A stretch of 64,000 bases of DNA, taken from assembly GCA_051362555.1 (NCBI GenBank), contig CM120640.1:64148788-64212787 (forward strand), in the 5' to 3' direction. Position 1 is the stretch's first letter. Every line of letters begins with the position of its first letter. The notes beneath the pieces are model-generated. The model did not search any database. It was not told where the DNA came from and was given only the letters and a program-made list of their open reading frames with translations. Source of the DNA: Lingula anatina. Lineage: Eukaryota > Animalia > Brachiopoda. Below are positions 49,724-62,525 of this stretch, piece by piece. Made by a program: the position numbers and the translations under genes.

Positions 49724-50774
49724 ATGACGTCAACAAGGATGATTCTAGTCTTACTGGTGGCACCAGCTTTCGTCATGTCTAACGAATGCCAGAATAACAT
49801 CAACGGTTGCAGTGTCCCTTCGTTCCTTCAAGGATTTGAAAATAACAGAGAATATGTGGCAATATTCGAGTCAGTCTGTAATCAACACGACATGTGTTAT
49901 AACTGTGTAAGTGACGTACCAGCAGTACCAGTAGTACGGTACATGTACTTGTGCATGAAAACTGAATATACTATATATATAACAAGAAGTTGAATTTTTG
50001 TAATAGAGACAGGCTTTGTATTACGCAATGTCAACAAGTACTTTAATTACCGGATAATAAGCGTTTGATGAACACATACTGCATTAAATATTTATGGTTT
50101 TCAGTCTTTATCCTTGATTACACCGGCAAACACGTACCGGTAATATTTGAATAGTGATGAGTCAAACGTTTCGTACAATAATGAATGATTAAATCGAACG
50201 GTTACTTGCACCTCCCCCACCCTTATCCATCAATTTATAGTATTTAAGGGCACTGTGTGTCTTCCTTATATAAAAGGTTAAAAAGACACCGAGATCAACA
50301 GAAGGGTGTTTCTTAGAATCATTATTGCAACTTGGAAGAGAGTGCACGGCGTTCAGATAAATATTCCCGGCATGCGGGAGAGGGACAGGTTGACTCAACA
50401 CCACTCCCTCGCCATTTTTTTTTAAAATTCATCATGGAAGTGCATAACGTGTATGTTAGTGGCATGCAATATTTAAAACACATTCTCTTAATCATGAAAA
50501 TAATTTATGACTGTCATCTTCCATTCAATTTTAGGGAGCGGCGTTTGGAATTAATAGAAGCGGTTGTGACACAAGACTATACCGACATATGGTAGACGTG
50601 TGTGACAGAACGGACGCTGCATCCCTCCCTGGCGGAAAGCCACGTTGCTATGACAGGGCAAATGCATTTAAAACTTCCGTCACTTTGTTTGGGTTTTGGT
50701 TTTATCACAGCAAAGCTCTTAGTTGGTGCAACGATAGGTGCACGGCAGATTATTTGGGAAATGACCAATTTTAA
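49724..50774 (+). CDS. Conodipine-like (group IX-type) secreted phospholipase A2, 140 aa
   Basis: Exons 49724-49906 (signal peptide, NGCSVP, FESVCNQHDMCYNC with catalytic HD) and 50535-50774 (GAAFGINRSGCD..M..VC..C..A..F..SVTLFG..Y..WC); phase 0. Probable 5'UTR exon ending at about 49538. Confidence 0.85.
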
Positions 50775-51072
50775 ACTCTCACCTATATGCAAATGTGACA
50801 GCTCAGAAAGCCATCGAATTATATTTCTCGTTTTGGAAATATTCCATTAATTTTGACAAGAGTGTACCTGGCCTCTCAATCAAACAAGCGACAGTGCTTA
50901 TGTGTAAGACGCTCTAACAGAAAAAAAAAGACAGTGCGCGCCTTGGAATGTATTTTCATATGAAAGCTATCCTCTGTTTAAAATGTTACAGTGTGCAGTC
51001 CGAAGGAAGGCCGCAGAATCGTTTATTTTTTACAGAGTATTTGTGTTATACTAATGATATTCAGGGTATTGA

Positions 51073-51253
51073 AGGGACCTTACAGAATGCGTTATGTTGA
51101 CTTGGCTAATGCGCACTAACTCCAATGTGACTCTCGCTGAATGCAAGCACACAAGAGAATGATTAGGCTGGTAATCTGATTGCATTTAGCCAGAGTTCCC
51201 TTGGAGTTACTTCACATTAGCTATGACGTCATAATTCTTTCTGAACGGTCCCT
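51073..51253. mobile_element. Degenerate palindromic MITE
   Basis: AGGGACC..CAGAA..GCTAATG..TAACTCCAA..GACTCTCGCTGAATGCAA mirrored by TTGCATTTAGCCAGAGTT..TTGGAGTTA..CATTAGC..TTCTG..GGTCCCT; related fragment at about 48300. Confidence 0.55.
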
Positions 51254-51418
51254 CAGTTAGATACCTGACTGGCATCTTTGGTTTTCTTATACCTTAATTG
51301 TACGTCATCAATATTTAAACGTCTTACAAACAGGACAAAGAGAATAAGCACTTTTATGCTCTCATGCGCTCTTTGATCAAATGTGATTACAATCAAAGTG
51401 TGATTCGTGTAGTAAAGG

Positions 51419-51556
51419 TACCCTCTACCAGGGCCGCAGTTATTATTGTGGACATTTTTTGCTGAATCGACTGAGAGCCAAAATGACTGTCTATTTATCT
51501 ATAGACATATCTTTGAATATCTGTGGAAAATCAATCTGTCGCCCTGGTAAAGGGTA
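51419..51556. mobile_element. 138-bp MITE with a 9-bp target-site duplication (Mutator-like)
   Basis: TSD TAGTAAAGG at 51410-51418 and 51557-51565; TIR TACCCTCTACCAGGGC / GCCCTGGTAAAGGGTA. Confidence 0.8.
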
Positions 51557-51954
51557 TAGTAAAGGCACTTTTTATTTTGTGAAGCAATAAATATCAGAGC
51601 CCAATCATTGGGAATGTTGAGTGTAGGTGTTTCTTCGACTTCGAAAACCCCCGGCTGTGATAAAAACACCTGCTGGTGTCAAATGTGTAACTAACAAGCT
51701 AGTTTCCTCTCTGTCCATTATCACTGATTAAGGTTTGGTAAGTAATACCTTAGCATTTGATCTCCCCATATTTAGTTTGCTTTCACAACGAAACCCAGAT
51801 CGTTTACTGCCGTAGCTTTTAACATGAATTTTTGCTCACAAGTTTCAAATCTTCAGAACTCAAGCAATGTTTTGAGTTAAAATCACGAGCTTGTTTAGGT
51901 TCCATACATTCTCTGACGTGTGAAATCTTCATATTAATCGGTCTTTTTAGACCT

Positions 51955-54460
51955 TTAAAGCAGAGTACATTTCGGTGAGTCGATATCAGACATATTCCTT
52001 ACAGTTCCATCTCGCCACGACTGGCTCCTGTTCACAGAGCCGTGCTGGCGAGTTGAGGGTTGCATGTCATTCACGGAATGATGTTTTCGTTTCATAAAAC
52101 GGGACTTTTTCTTGCTGAAATTGTTCGTGGAATTTTCAACACCAAGGACCTTCGATAACAAAGATGTAAACATGGTATCCACATCTCGACCTTTTTTTGC
52201 GCTTGTTTCCATGAAGCAACAATTGTTCTTGCCCAGAGTAGCTTTTTCGGCCTCTTCAGTCTCTACTTGTCTGAGCCCATCAGAAGCGGTGTCACTTTTG
52301 TTTCCGATTAGCATTATAAGTGGTGCAATGGAGCCTCCTAGAATGTAAGAATTCATTTAACAGAACGTAGAATGACAAATGGAGTAGAAAACTAATTATG
52401 TATAGAGCACGTTTATTAAACGACTTAGACGATTCTGTTAAAAAGGGGCTATTTCTACGTCTGGCCAGTTAAAAAACAAGCCGCAAATTCGGGGTCTATA
52501 CCCAGACCATTCTGATGTAACGAGTTGTGACATGAAACCTGAAATGCCACAGAGAAATGTTGGAGCTTAAATAGCCAACAGAATAAAACATTCTGCTTTT
52601 ACCATATTTTTTCTATATTGGATATTTACATGAGTTCTAATACTTATTAGTTAAAACTTATTTAAGGTCTAATGATTGGATGCATTTATATGATTTAATT
52701 TAATTACATATTGTGTTGAATTAGAAAAAAGGCGCAATCAGGTCTTTTCAGGGCAAAGTGTAAACGTAAGGAAAACCGTCATGAAGATACTTGTTTATAA
52801 CTGTATCCTAGATACCAAACGCCTTTATAATTATCGGTCTCACCTACGCGTTTTATCCCAAGATCATTTCCTCCAGTGATATTCTACCGGTTCTGTGGCA
52901 GCAATATTTATCAGTAACCAATATTTTTAAAAGCACATCAGGCCATGTTATTTAAGATTGCCATGCAATGCCCTTTACACACTTTATTATTATTATTTTT
53001 TTCTTTTTAAATTTCCCAACCTTTTCCCGAAAATGCTGTATTGGAAGACCGCTGTAGGAGTCTAGTAAATCCCTCAACTTTGTTTTATTATTCCCCACGC
53101 ACTTCATTCGACTCTATAATTGGGTATTCTCTCCGGAGGCTTCATTTGCGAACTAATGTTCGGCTGTTTTCTTTTTTCTCGAAAACAATACCAGATTCGA
53201 TAAAGAGGTAATTCGTGCGTCATTATATGCTATAACTGACTTGTTTAAGGTTAATGAGGCTCTCTTAAATCTCTTGACGATAAACGTGATGTGAATGTTA
53301 TTCAGAATTGTTCTGGTATATTGGAAAAAGTGGCGAACAAGCCAAAATGGCCTTTTTTTGTGTGAAGCATTCGATCCTAAAGAGTTTTGTTGCATAAAGA
53401 CGGTTTTGTGTTGAATACTGCTACTTTTTCACATGCCGTGTTGTAAATTTTGAAAAAGAGACATCTGTGTATTTTAACAGTAGTCAGAATAAACCTTTGT
53501 TTATTTGGTGAAAGGTAACAATATTCTAACACGCCTTTGCCAGTAACTAGGCACTCAAACGGCGTTATACAAAACGGGGCAGACCCTGCTTTGCAGCCAT
53601 TGGTTTGGCACCATAAATCACCACTGCCGACAATATAAACAGCTTACATAAACATTGAACCGATTATTATCATTAATCATTACTGCAAATTTTTCTCTAA
53701 CGAGTAGTTTCTAAATATCCTCACCCTTTATTTCATGCACACTGTCCATCAGTTCCTTTGCAATAAGAAAAGATTCACGGTTGTCTATGGAATATACAAT
53801 GATGAATGCCTGGCCGAGGCGTATGGCCAGTTCCCTCATAGCTGGGAACTGATGCGTTCCAGCCGTATCCAGAATCTCTACTGTGTGATATAACCCGTCT
53901 GCAATTCAGAGAATATAAGTGTTGGTAAAATATCATACATATCGTATGTGGGTCGAAGTAATCCGCCAACATTAGATTGCTTTCTGGGAATCTTTTTAGT
54001 CATTAGTGTTTCAAACAGGTATATCACTGTTATAAGGATATTCGTTTGCAATTGCAAGAAAATTGTACATGCACATCTTTCGAAAATATTTGACAGAGAG
54101 ATAAGTTTAAATAAATTAACTCGTTCGATTATTGAAACACAACGACACAAAGTTATGCTTAATCATATTCTTGTCTGTTGGTTTTTCCTTCAAAACACTA
54201 ATAAGAAAGTCAGTTTTCACGTATCATGCATATGTGGAGGCCGAAACGCATAGCGGTGTCCATTGATCCGTGATATACATAGGAGTTAAATTTGAAAATT
54301 CAAATAAAATCTTACCTGGCATTTTCAGCATATGTCTATGGCAGTCTTCAACGGTAGGTTTGTGTGTGGCTCGAAAGCACCCGCTGATAAATTGGTCTAA
54401 AAGGGACGTCTTTCCAACTCCCCCGGCACCCAAAAGAACTATATTGTATGTTTTTGGCAT
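51955..54460 (-). CDS. Ras-family small GTPase, DIRAS/RASD(Rhes)/Rap-like, 233 aa, C-terminal CAAX
   Basis: Exons 54460-54316 (GAGGVGKT, PTVED), 53898-53725 (DTAGTHQFPAMRELAI) and 52337-51955 (NKSD, ETSAK, polybasic stretch, CTLL); phase-1 junctions. Confidence 0.9.
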
Positions 54461-57400
54461 TATCTGCAAAACTCTTAAAGATATAGATAATCTGCCAAGT
54501 CTGGTCGAGCACTGTTTCTTCTGAACATTCTTTGCATCTGATTTGTAGTCGTGCGTATGGCGCGATTTAACGCATGCTATGTAGATGTACGCTCAATGGT
54601 TTATTTTAGTGTGTCGCTTCGCAACCTAATTAACAAAACAGTCCGTGTTCTGCGATGGAGTTATAATTTGGTTTTTGGTGGGTGTCATGAATAGCCATGG
54701 CTAGATTTAGCAATGCCCGGGATTTAGTGCATTATCTCAAGCACTCTGGTGTGACACTGTCATTCAATATAATCACTATTATTCTCAGTTGTACTGGCTT
54801 AGGTATACGTAAATTCATATAAATGTGCAGAATACAGACGTTGGGTGTGACATTTCACCAGAATATTTTAACCTGTGTGACTCAACAGTTATGTAAATTT
54901 ATTTCTATCTCTGTATTACCAGATGTAACCATGGCATTGTTATATGCTACATATATTTGTATTTTAATGTTCAGTTATTTATTAGTTACTTTTATTCTTT
55001 TAGTTGACAAATGAGTTAAGATAAAGCTACACTAGTAAAACCTGAGTTCAGACTTGAGCCCACTAAACCTGTCAATGCAGTTGGAACCTCAGTACATACA
55101 GTTGGATCCCAATGCAGCCCGTGGGATAATAATAATAATAATAATGGAAATCACCATAGGTTTTTCATTCAATATAATTCTTAGTAAGCTTAGAGTTCAT
55201 GCTTTGTTTTCAATTTGTTTACCATTAAACTGGAATGCTGTTTTGCTGTGCAGTATTGCCATGGCAACGTAGAAATGAGAAATTGAAATTTCGGAGAAGC
55301 CAGTGTCATATATTTCAAATACATGTCTCCTGCCAAAATATGTACGTTGTGAAATAGGTACGCCTGAAATATGTACTATCAAATAAAATGAAATATCGTT
55401 CAAAAGTACAGTATTACCAAAATACACCAAAAATTTAATTGAACTTCAAATCGCAAATTATAGAGATGAATTATGATATTGGTGCCTGTAAAGATAAAAT
55501 TTTTGTTTTCTTCAGACTCTCTCTTCATTTTGCATTTATTTGCGATCTGCGAAAAAATTCACGTATGAGCAATGTCGTAAAATATTAGTAAATAATTCAA
55601 CTTTATAACGCAATATAATGTGCAAGTCACCCTCCTATAAAATGTTGTTATCATGCTTGAAGCATTATGCGGATATATCAAATGTACGTAGCATTCGTCT
55701 AATATGATTCGTTTGTGCGAGACATTGACTATACCTATTAACAATTCATTAAATCTCTTGATTTTTTTTGCGAAAGTGGTAATTACTCGTAGAAACAGAA
55801 AAGTCATGATGACATTTTTCAAAGAGGAATTTTCAAGCGGACGTTTGTTTTCACCATGTACATGTAGGATGCAGATATATGCTGCAGTATATGCAGATAT
55901 ATGCTGAGATATAAATTCATGAGATATATGCTGAGATAAAGATATGATATTTCTGAAAGATGAAATCAAATGAAAGATCATTAGAAGCAGTACTAAAGTT
56001 GAAAGACACTAGCGCAAACGAATTTATATTAGGAATAAATCTTACATATCGTCAGATTAAATATAGTGGAAATAGAATAGGGATCACCATTTTCTTACAG
56101 GAACAAATAAGTCATGATGACGTTCTTAACACAAAAAGTATACGCTGATATAGTTCTCAGATAATTCCTGGGAATTTCTACAGAACCTCCTCTCATATCT
56201 CGTCTCTGCTGACCAGTTCTGCCGGGGACAGCTGCATCTTGGGCTGTGAACTAAGGGTCTGTGAATATTCAATATCTCTGCATGTACTCACTACAGTTTT
56301 CTTGAACGATTGATGTACATGTACTATAGGATATCTTTGTATATTTTAGCAAAAGCCAGCGAATATTGGCTTTTGACCTCTCTGTAAAACGGTTGATTTA
56401 ATAGTATAGATATCACTCCGTACGCGTATTTCTACATTGTACCTGTACATCATGCTTATCTTCTGTGTTCTACATTGTGCAGTTGTACCTGTCAGAACAT
56501 CATGCCTATATCTGTACTGCCCCTATTTCACACAGACCACAAATCCTACGAATGGCCATGAATTGACAAATTTCACGACTCGTGGTTGAATCGTAATCAG
56601 TTCGTGACGTTCTTAACAGATTCGTATATATTCGTAGTCAGTTCTTGCACTTCTTGACCAACAGGAATTGGTGGCAAAAACTGCCCCTATTTCACACAGA
56701 CCACGAATCCCACGAATCGCCAGGAGTTGAAAATTTCAGGATATTTCACATAATTGTGAGAAAAGTAGGATAAATGTATCACTATACGTTTGCATATTTT
56801 CTTAAATGCTGTATTACTTCCGTACTGTACCAACTGTATTATCCTGTATTGATCGCAATGCAGTTTGACTCCGTGTATATATATATATATATATATATTG
56901 TCGAATTGAACATTAAACATTGTAGAAAGTTTAATGTGGAAATGAAATATTTCCGTTATACATGTCTCGATGGGAATAAACTAATATATAAAGCTAATGA
57001 TCTGAAAGTGCTATGGACTTGCAGAAAATTAATCAAATAATCCAACACAGCTGATTTTAACTGCGGTAGTCATAACAGTAAACAATTATTGACTTAAGGT
57101 AAGGTCACATAATGGTAACATGCGTCGCCATTAGTGATCGAAACAGAAAGTCCATAACTGTTTTGTTATATGTTCGCGAATTTTGAAATCAAGACACAAG
57201 AGTTTTGCTGCTATACAGCATAAAATGTCTTTATTCATATAGCCTGCACCTTCACAAATAAGGTACAATCACCCGACAAAATTACAGAACTACATCGTTA
57301 CTCAAATACTAGTAGACTAGCAACACTGCTACATAGATAAGTAAATAGGCAGCATATATAGTTACACATTTGAATTTATATTATAATGTAAGCGATGTGA

Positions 57401-58767
57401 CGTGAAGGTAAAGGTCACAAGAGAATAGGTGTCAATTTTACTGCTCCCATTGACAGGAAACAAGTTCCAGTCTTAATGTTCAAACCATGGTATATTGGCA
57501 AGGGATATGAGGTTAACGGACCTAATAGTAATTACTTTGCGACATTTGGAGTTCATGGCTCTCCCAGTAGTTCACACTCGCTAAAATGGAATAGCATGCT
57601 CATATCTAAACGTATTTTCGGCCAACTTTAAGGGCCTTTTATAGAGAGTCCGGTTCCCAACAATTTGCACAGGGTTTTTGCCCTAGATTTTGACTCATTC
57701 ACGTCTGGCTAAGCCCAACCTTTATAATTAAATAGAGGGTGAACTCTCTGTTACACGGATCTATTAGTTGTGAATTGCACTATTATTGCATAATTGCATT
57801 CTCAAATCAATAACAAAGCTTGATCATTGTAACGAAATAGCTGATACAAAAGAAAAGAGAATCAATATCACCAGACGAATCACAGGGACAGCAACTTCTA
57901 AAAATGATCGGAAATAAATGCGGTGGCTATATAGGAGAAAAAAATCTTCACATGGAATCTTATAGTTAGGCCTATAAAACAAGCATAGGTCTCTTGTACA
58001 TACATGTATAACGCACACAATTTGACAGTGTTTTTCATCTGTACCGTATTGTAAACAAATCACTAGTGGGTTCTATTGTCGATAAAGTCCAAGTGTATAC
58101 TAATTCAGCCTGTGAATTACAGAAGGACTTACATCTAGTCTTCCGGCAGTGCCTTGCATACAAAAACCTGCATTTAATAAGTTTTTATCCATCCTCTTTC
58201 CTCCAAGGACAAAACACGGATTTGGGGCATAGCTAGAGAATGTGACAGTCAAAGCGCATGCAGTGAGATTTTCACGAGGGCAATTCACATGGGCAAGTGA
58301 AAACATGTTATCTACTAGAATATTCATCACAACCTTGATTTTGACTCACGCAAAACCCCCATGAATTTGAGAAGTCAATTAATATTTTACATATTTCAAC
58401 CCAAAAATAATCATAATTATTACTTTTAACAAGTTCAGAGTTATTTTCTGTGTCACACAATTTAAGTAGAAATGTCATCCAAAAACAATGATATATGTCT
58501 TTGTATTAGAATTGTTAAATTTAAATAACAAAGGGATTGGTTTAAATTTTTCTTAAAAGGCGGGAGTTTGTAACTTCATTTAAGCAGTATATAACATTTA
58601 TTTACACAACAAAAACGACTGGGTGTCACGCTCTAATGCATTATTTTAAATCATATATTTACATATGCAGTCAATCCTGAACACTGTATTAAGTCACGGA
58701 AATCACTAGCTCACAAAAAGTTAGTAGTATTTGGAACAACATGTTCGCTTATCCGTTCCGTTCTCAA

Positions 58768-61700
58768 TTATGCAGCGACATATTCACTGGGAGGTTGTCC
58801 GTTTGATTTTTTGTCTCGATTTTTCTTGGTTTTTCCTTTTCTTTTTGTTTTTGTGTTCTTTTTGTGTTTGTTCTTCGGCTTTTTTATTGCCTCTGTTATC
58901 GAATTAATTTGGTGATTTGCCGCCGGTTCTAAGAAGCCTAACGGAAAGCTTCTGTGTGTCAAATGGGTTGCACCTGACCGTGAAGTTTCAGCATCAACTG
59001 GCTGCCTACTGGAGGCAGAGATCGCTTGTCTATTCTCCAATTCACCAGTGTTACTCACGTAAGCAGCTTCACGGCCACCGCTTCTATTTTCCGAGGTTCC
59101 TGGCCCATTCATATCACTGTTATCATTTAAAGGATGAACTCTTTTTTTGCCGAATTTTAATGAAGACACTGCTGTCGACATGTAGTGGATAAGAGTCCAA
59201 AACCGGTGCCAAAGCATACAAATAAACTGTATGATAGTCATCAGAATGAATAAGCTGAGAAACAGAAGGCTCAAGACATCCGATTTCTGTTCGTAGCCAT
59301 TGTGGTCACGCCAACGAATTAAGATGTCAGATTGGTTTTGGATGAGGATCGTGAAAGCTATCCAGACAGCATTGCAAGACAAAACAAATATCATGGAGTT
59401 GTTGCGTAGTGTTTTCAAATCTTTCTTCAGTATTTCTTCGTCTGCGTTTTTGTCTATGGGCTCAAGACGGAATTTGATCAGGTGCTTCCAGAAAGTGTAT
59501 TCATATTTGTTTTGCTCTTTTAAGTTCACGGTTGTTTTGGTTTGTTTGTGCCACATATTCGTACTGAAGGCGCTGGTCCATGTGAATTCCTTATATACCA
59601 ATTCCCTGATTCCTGTAACACAACAACAACGGTGTCTAGAATATATATATATAACACCTTACTTAAAAGATTGTTCAAAAACTGAAGCCTTTAAGCATTT
59701 GAGAAATAAGAGTATAAGATCCAATTCCATCGCATAAGATCTGGTATAAGAAGACTAAATAAATACAATAAAGTAATACGGTAAGAGATTATTTATTTAA
59801 TTAATAATTTAATTGCACCACAATATTTCCGTTGAAGCAATTCAATGTGTCACCAACTTGGTTCTATTAAAACTAGTCGATGTATTTATTTTACTTTATA
59901 TATATATATATATATAAAATATGTTTTATGGAGATATACACTTACTGTTCCATTTCTTTGCTTTGAGTGGTAGCAAACTGCCTTTGTCAGCAGTTGCATA
60001 CGTCGGTGAATTTTGACTGGCAACTCCGTTTTCCATTTGGCCTTCGTTGTCTTTTCTACAGCGACAAATACAGCCAAAAAACGAATCACAGTTAAATCCG
60101 TCCTCACTGCTTTTAGTAACCTTCCTAGGCAAACCTTGTCCTTCACTATCATGGTCAAGCTTTGGGGTTTCTCTTGTTCCCCATGACACGTCGTTGAGAT
60201 TAGAAAGTGAGTAAATTGTTAAGAATACGTACATAGATGGGATAGCTACGAAATATAATAGTCCGTAAAAAACACAGTAGAGTTCCTTTGGGTGTATAAG
60301 TGCGGTTGTAACAAAAACTGCTACCAGGATCAAAAAGATAATGGATGACATACTTCCAACGTTTGTACCTACTTCAACTATTATACCAACGAGGGTGGCT
60401 ACCATGAGAAGAGCATACATGCCGCTGAGAATCGTCGCTACGTTCAGCTGGACATTTTTGGTTTGTGTGAACGAGACCCAGATGTAAAATATAATTGGGA
60501 GGAGGATAATTCCGTTGGTTACAAATACACCTGCAGTGTCATTGCTCAGGTTTGGCACCAACAGGGTCGTAATAGACGTTGATATGGCCATTAGAACTGT
60601 GGCAGGGCCAAGCAAAGTAGATACCAGAAGAAGAGCTTGGTACACGATAAAAGCAAACGATATGTTATCGTTTCTTGTGGACGTTTGCCAGCCGTTAGAT
60701 ATCAAGTCGTACAAGTTGGCAATGGTTGACACGCTCCACCGTCGCCGTTGGTTGTAGAACTCTGAGAATGTTTCTGGTGCATAGGTCCAAGCATCAGATG
60801 CCGCACAGTATTTAATGCTCCGGCCGTTTTGAAGCAAGAGGGTACACAACCAACGGTCTTCTCCTTTGAAATAAAAAAAAACTGCTTTTGATTTATTTGA
60901 ATTCAGTTTGCAAATTGGACGAAAACTATAACGTCCTATCTCTATTTTTTTACATATGTAGTTTATTGTTGAAAGAATTATTGATAGGACTGTGTCTTGG
61001 TATATCAAATCTGTTCTTTGTCCCTTTCACAGATGTAAATATGTCCTAAATTGAATAGCTACCGCCAAATGTTATCAAATTAAGCACAAAATTTGCTCTT
61101 TTTAAAAGCACGTGTCCAATATCGTGTGTGCCGACATTTACCTCTTGCAGGCATACAGGTACTTTCAAAAGGCTTACAAGTCTGATTTTAGAGATACTCA
61201 TCCTGGAGAGCTATTCGGAGTTGTCCAGATTATGAGGGGTTTGATTCTTCCCTGCACCGCACACCCAAGTGCGTTGTCATGATTGAATTATTATAATCTA
61301 TCCTTGGAAATGGAAAGAGATTTCAGTTGGGAAAGTCATGGTCATTGGTCCCAGAGGTACGATCAAGTCCTTTTTCGTGACGAATCAACATTTTTTCTTG
61401 TAGCCTATCAGTGGTCGAGTGGGAGTCTGTACACTTATCAGTGTCGGGGACGTGTAATTTTACATAATTTCTCTTATGGTAATTTTATATATCTCCACGT
61501 CCACGATACTGGGTAACAGCAATGGGTTATCATCTTCTTCTTCGTAATGTTCTTTATAATACCTTGCGCAAATTCCAGTTTCTGAGCAAATAAACCCAGT
61601 AATAAACCCAGTAATAATCAGGACAAAAATAAATAAATAAATAAAACAATTTGCGAGCCCTGATGAAAGCCTGTCGCACCGCAGGCTTGGGCCCAGTCTT

Positions 61701-62494
61701 AATGGTGTCTTTGCATTGTTTACTGCATAACGGGCAAGTTAATTGACCAAGTTAATTGGTCAACTTGCTAGTTTGTTTGTATGGCATGTGTAGATGCCAT
61801 ACAAATGAGATATAGGTGTGACAAATGAGATATAGTTGTATTCCATTCCTGTGATTTGTCAATTTTACATCTGAAGATGATACTTTTAAAGATGTTTAAT
61901 GTTTAAAGAAAAGGCATGTAGATTGATTTAGTAACATTAACTACAGGGATGTTAAATTAAGAGCGGACTGCCATTTGTTAGTGTGTTATTTTAATTATCT
62001 AAGTTTTGTACAGATCATAGGAAAAGTCTGCCCATTAATATTTTGTTGACCTGTTTGGAAAATATATGCATTTTCTTTAGGATTAAATACAGGTGTGGCA
62101 AATAAAATATAGTTGTATTTCATTACCTGTGATTTGTAGAACACATCTGAGGATGATACTTTTAAAGATGTTTAATGTTTAAAGAAAAGGCACGTAGATT
62201 GATTTAGTAACATTAACTACAGGGATGTTAAATTAAGAGCGGACTGCCATTTGTTAGTGTGTTATTTCAATTATCTAGGTTTTGTACAGATTAAAGGAAA
62301 AAATCTGCCCATTAATATTTAGTTGACCTTTTTGAAAATAGCATTTTCTTAAGGGTAAATTACAATTATAATTACACATGCCATACAAACAAACTGGCTG
62401 CTTGGCCAATTAACTTCGTCAATTAACTTGCCCATTATGCTGTTAACAATACAAAGACACCATGGGGTCTGGGCCTGTGACACACACACACACG

Positions 62495-62525
<31 letters not shown>

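Noticed and set aside
58917-60757. Plus-strand ORFs overlapping chitin synthase (and similar ones over the GPCR, GTPase and LRWD1)
   Set aside because: Antisense shadows of real coding exons.
61659-61690. CTGATGA-AAGCCTG..CAGGCTT resembling a Penelope-type minimal hammerhead
   Set aside because: Stem II is present but is followed by GGGC (the start of a fold-back element) rather than GAAA; at best a broken relic.
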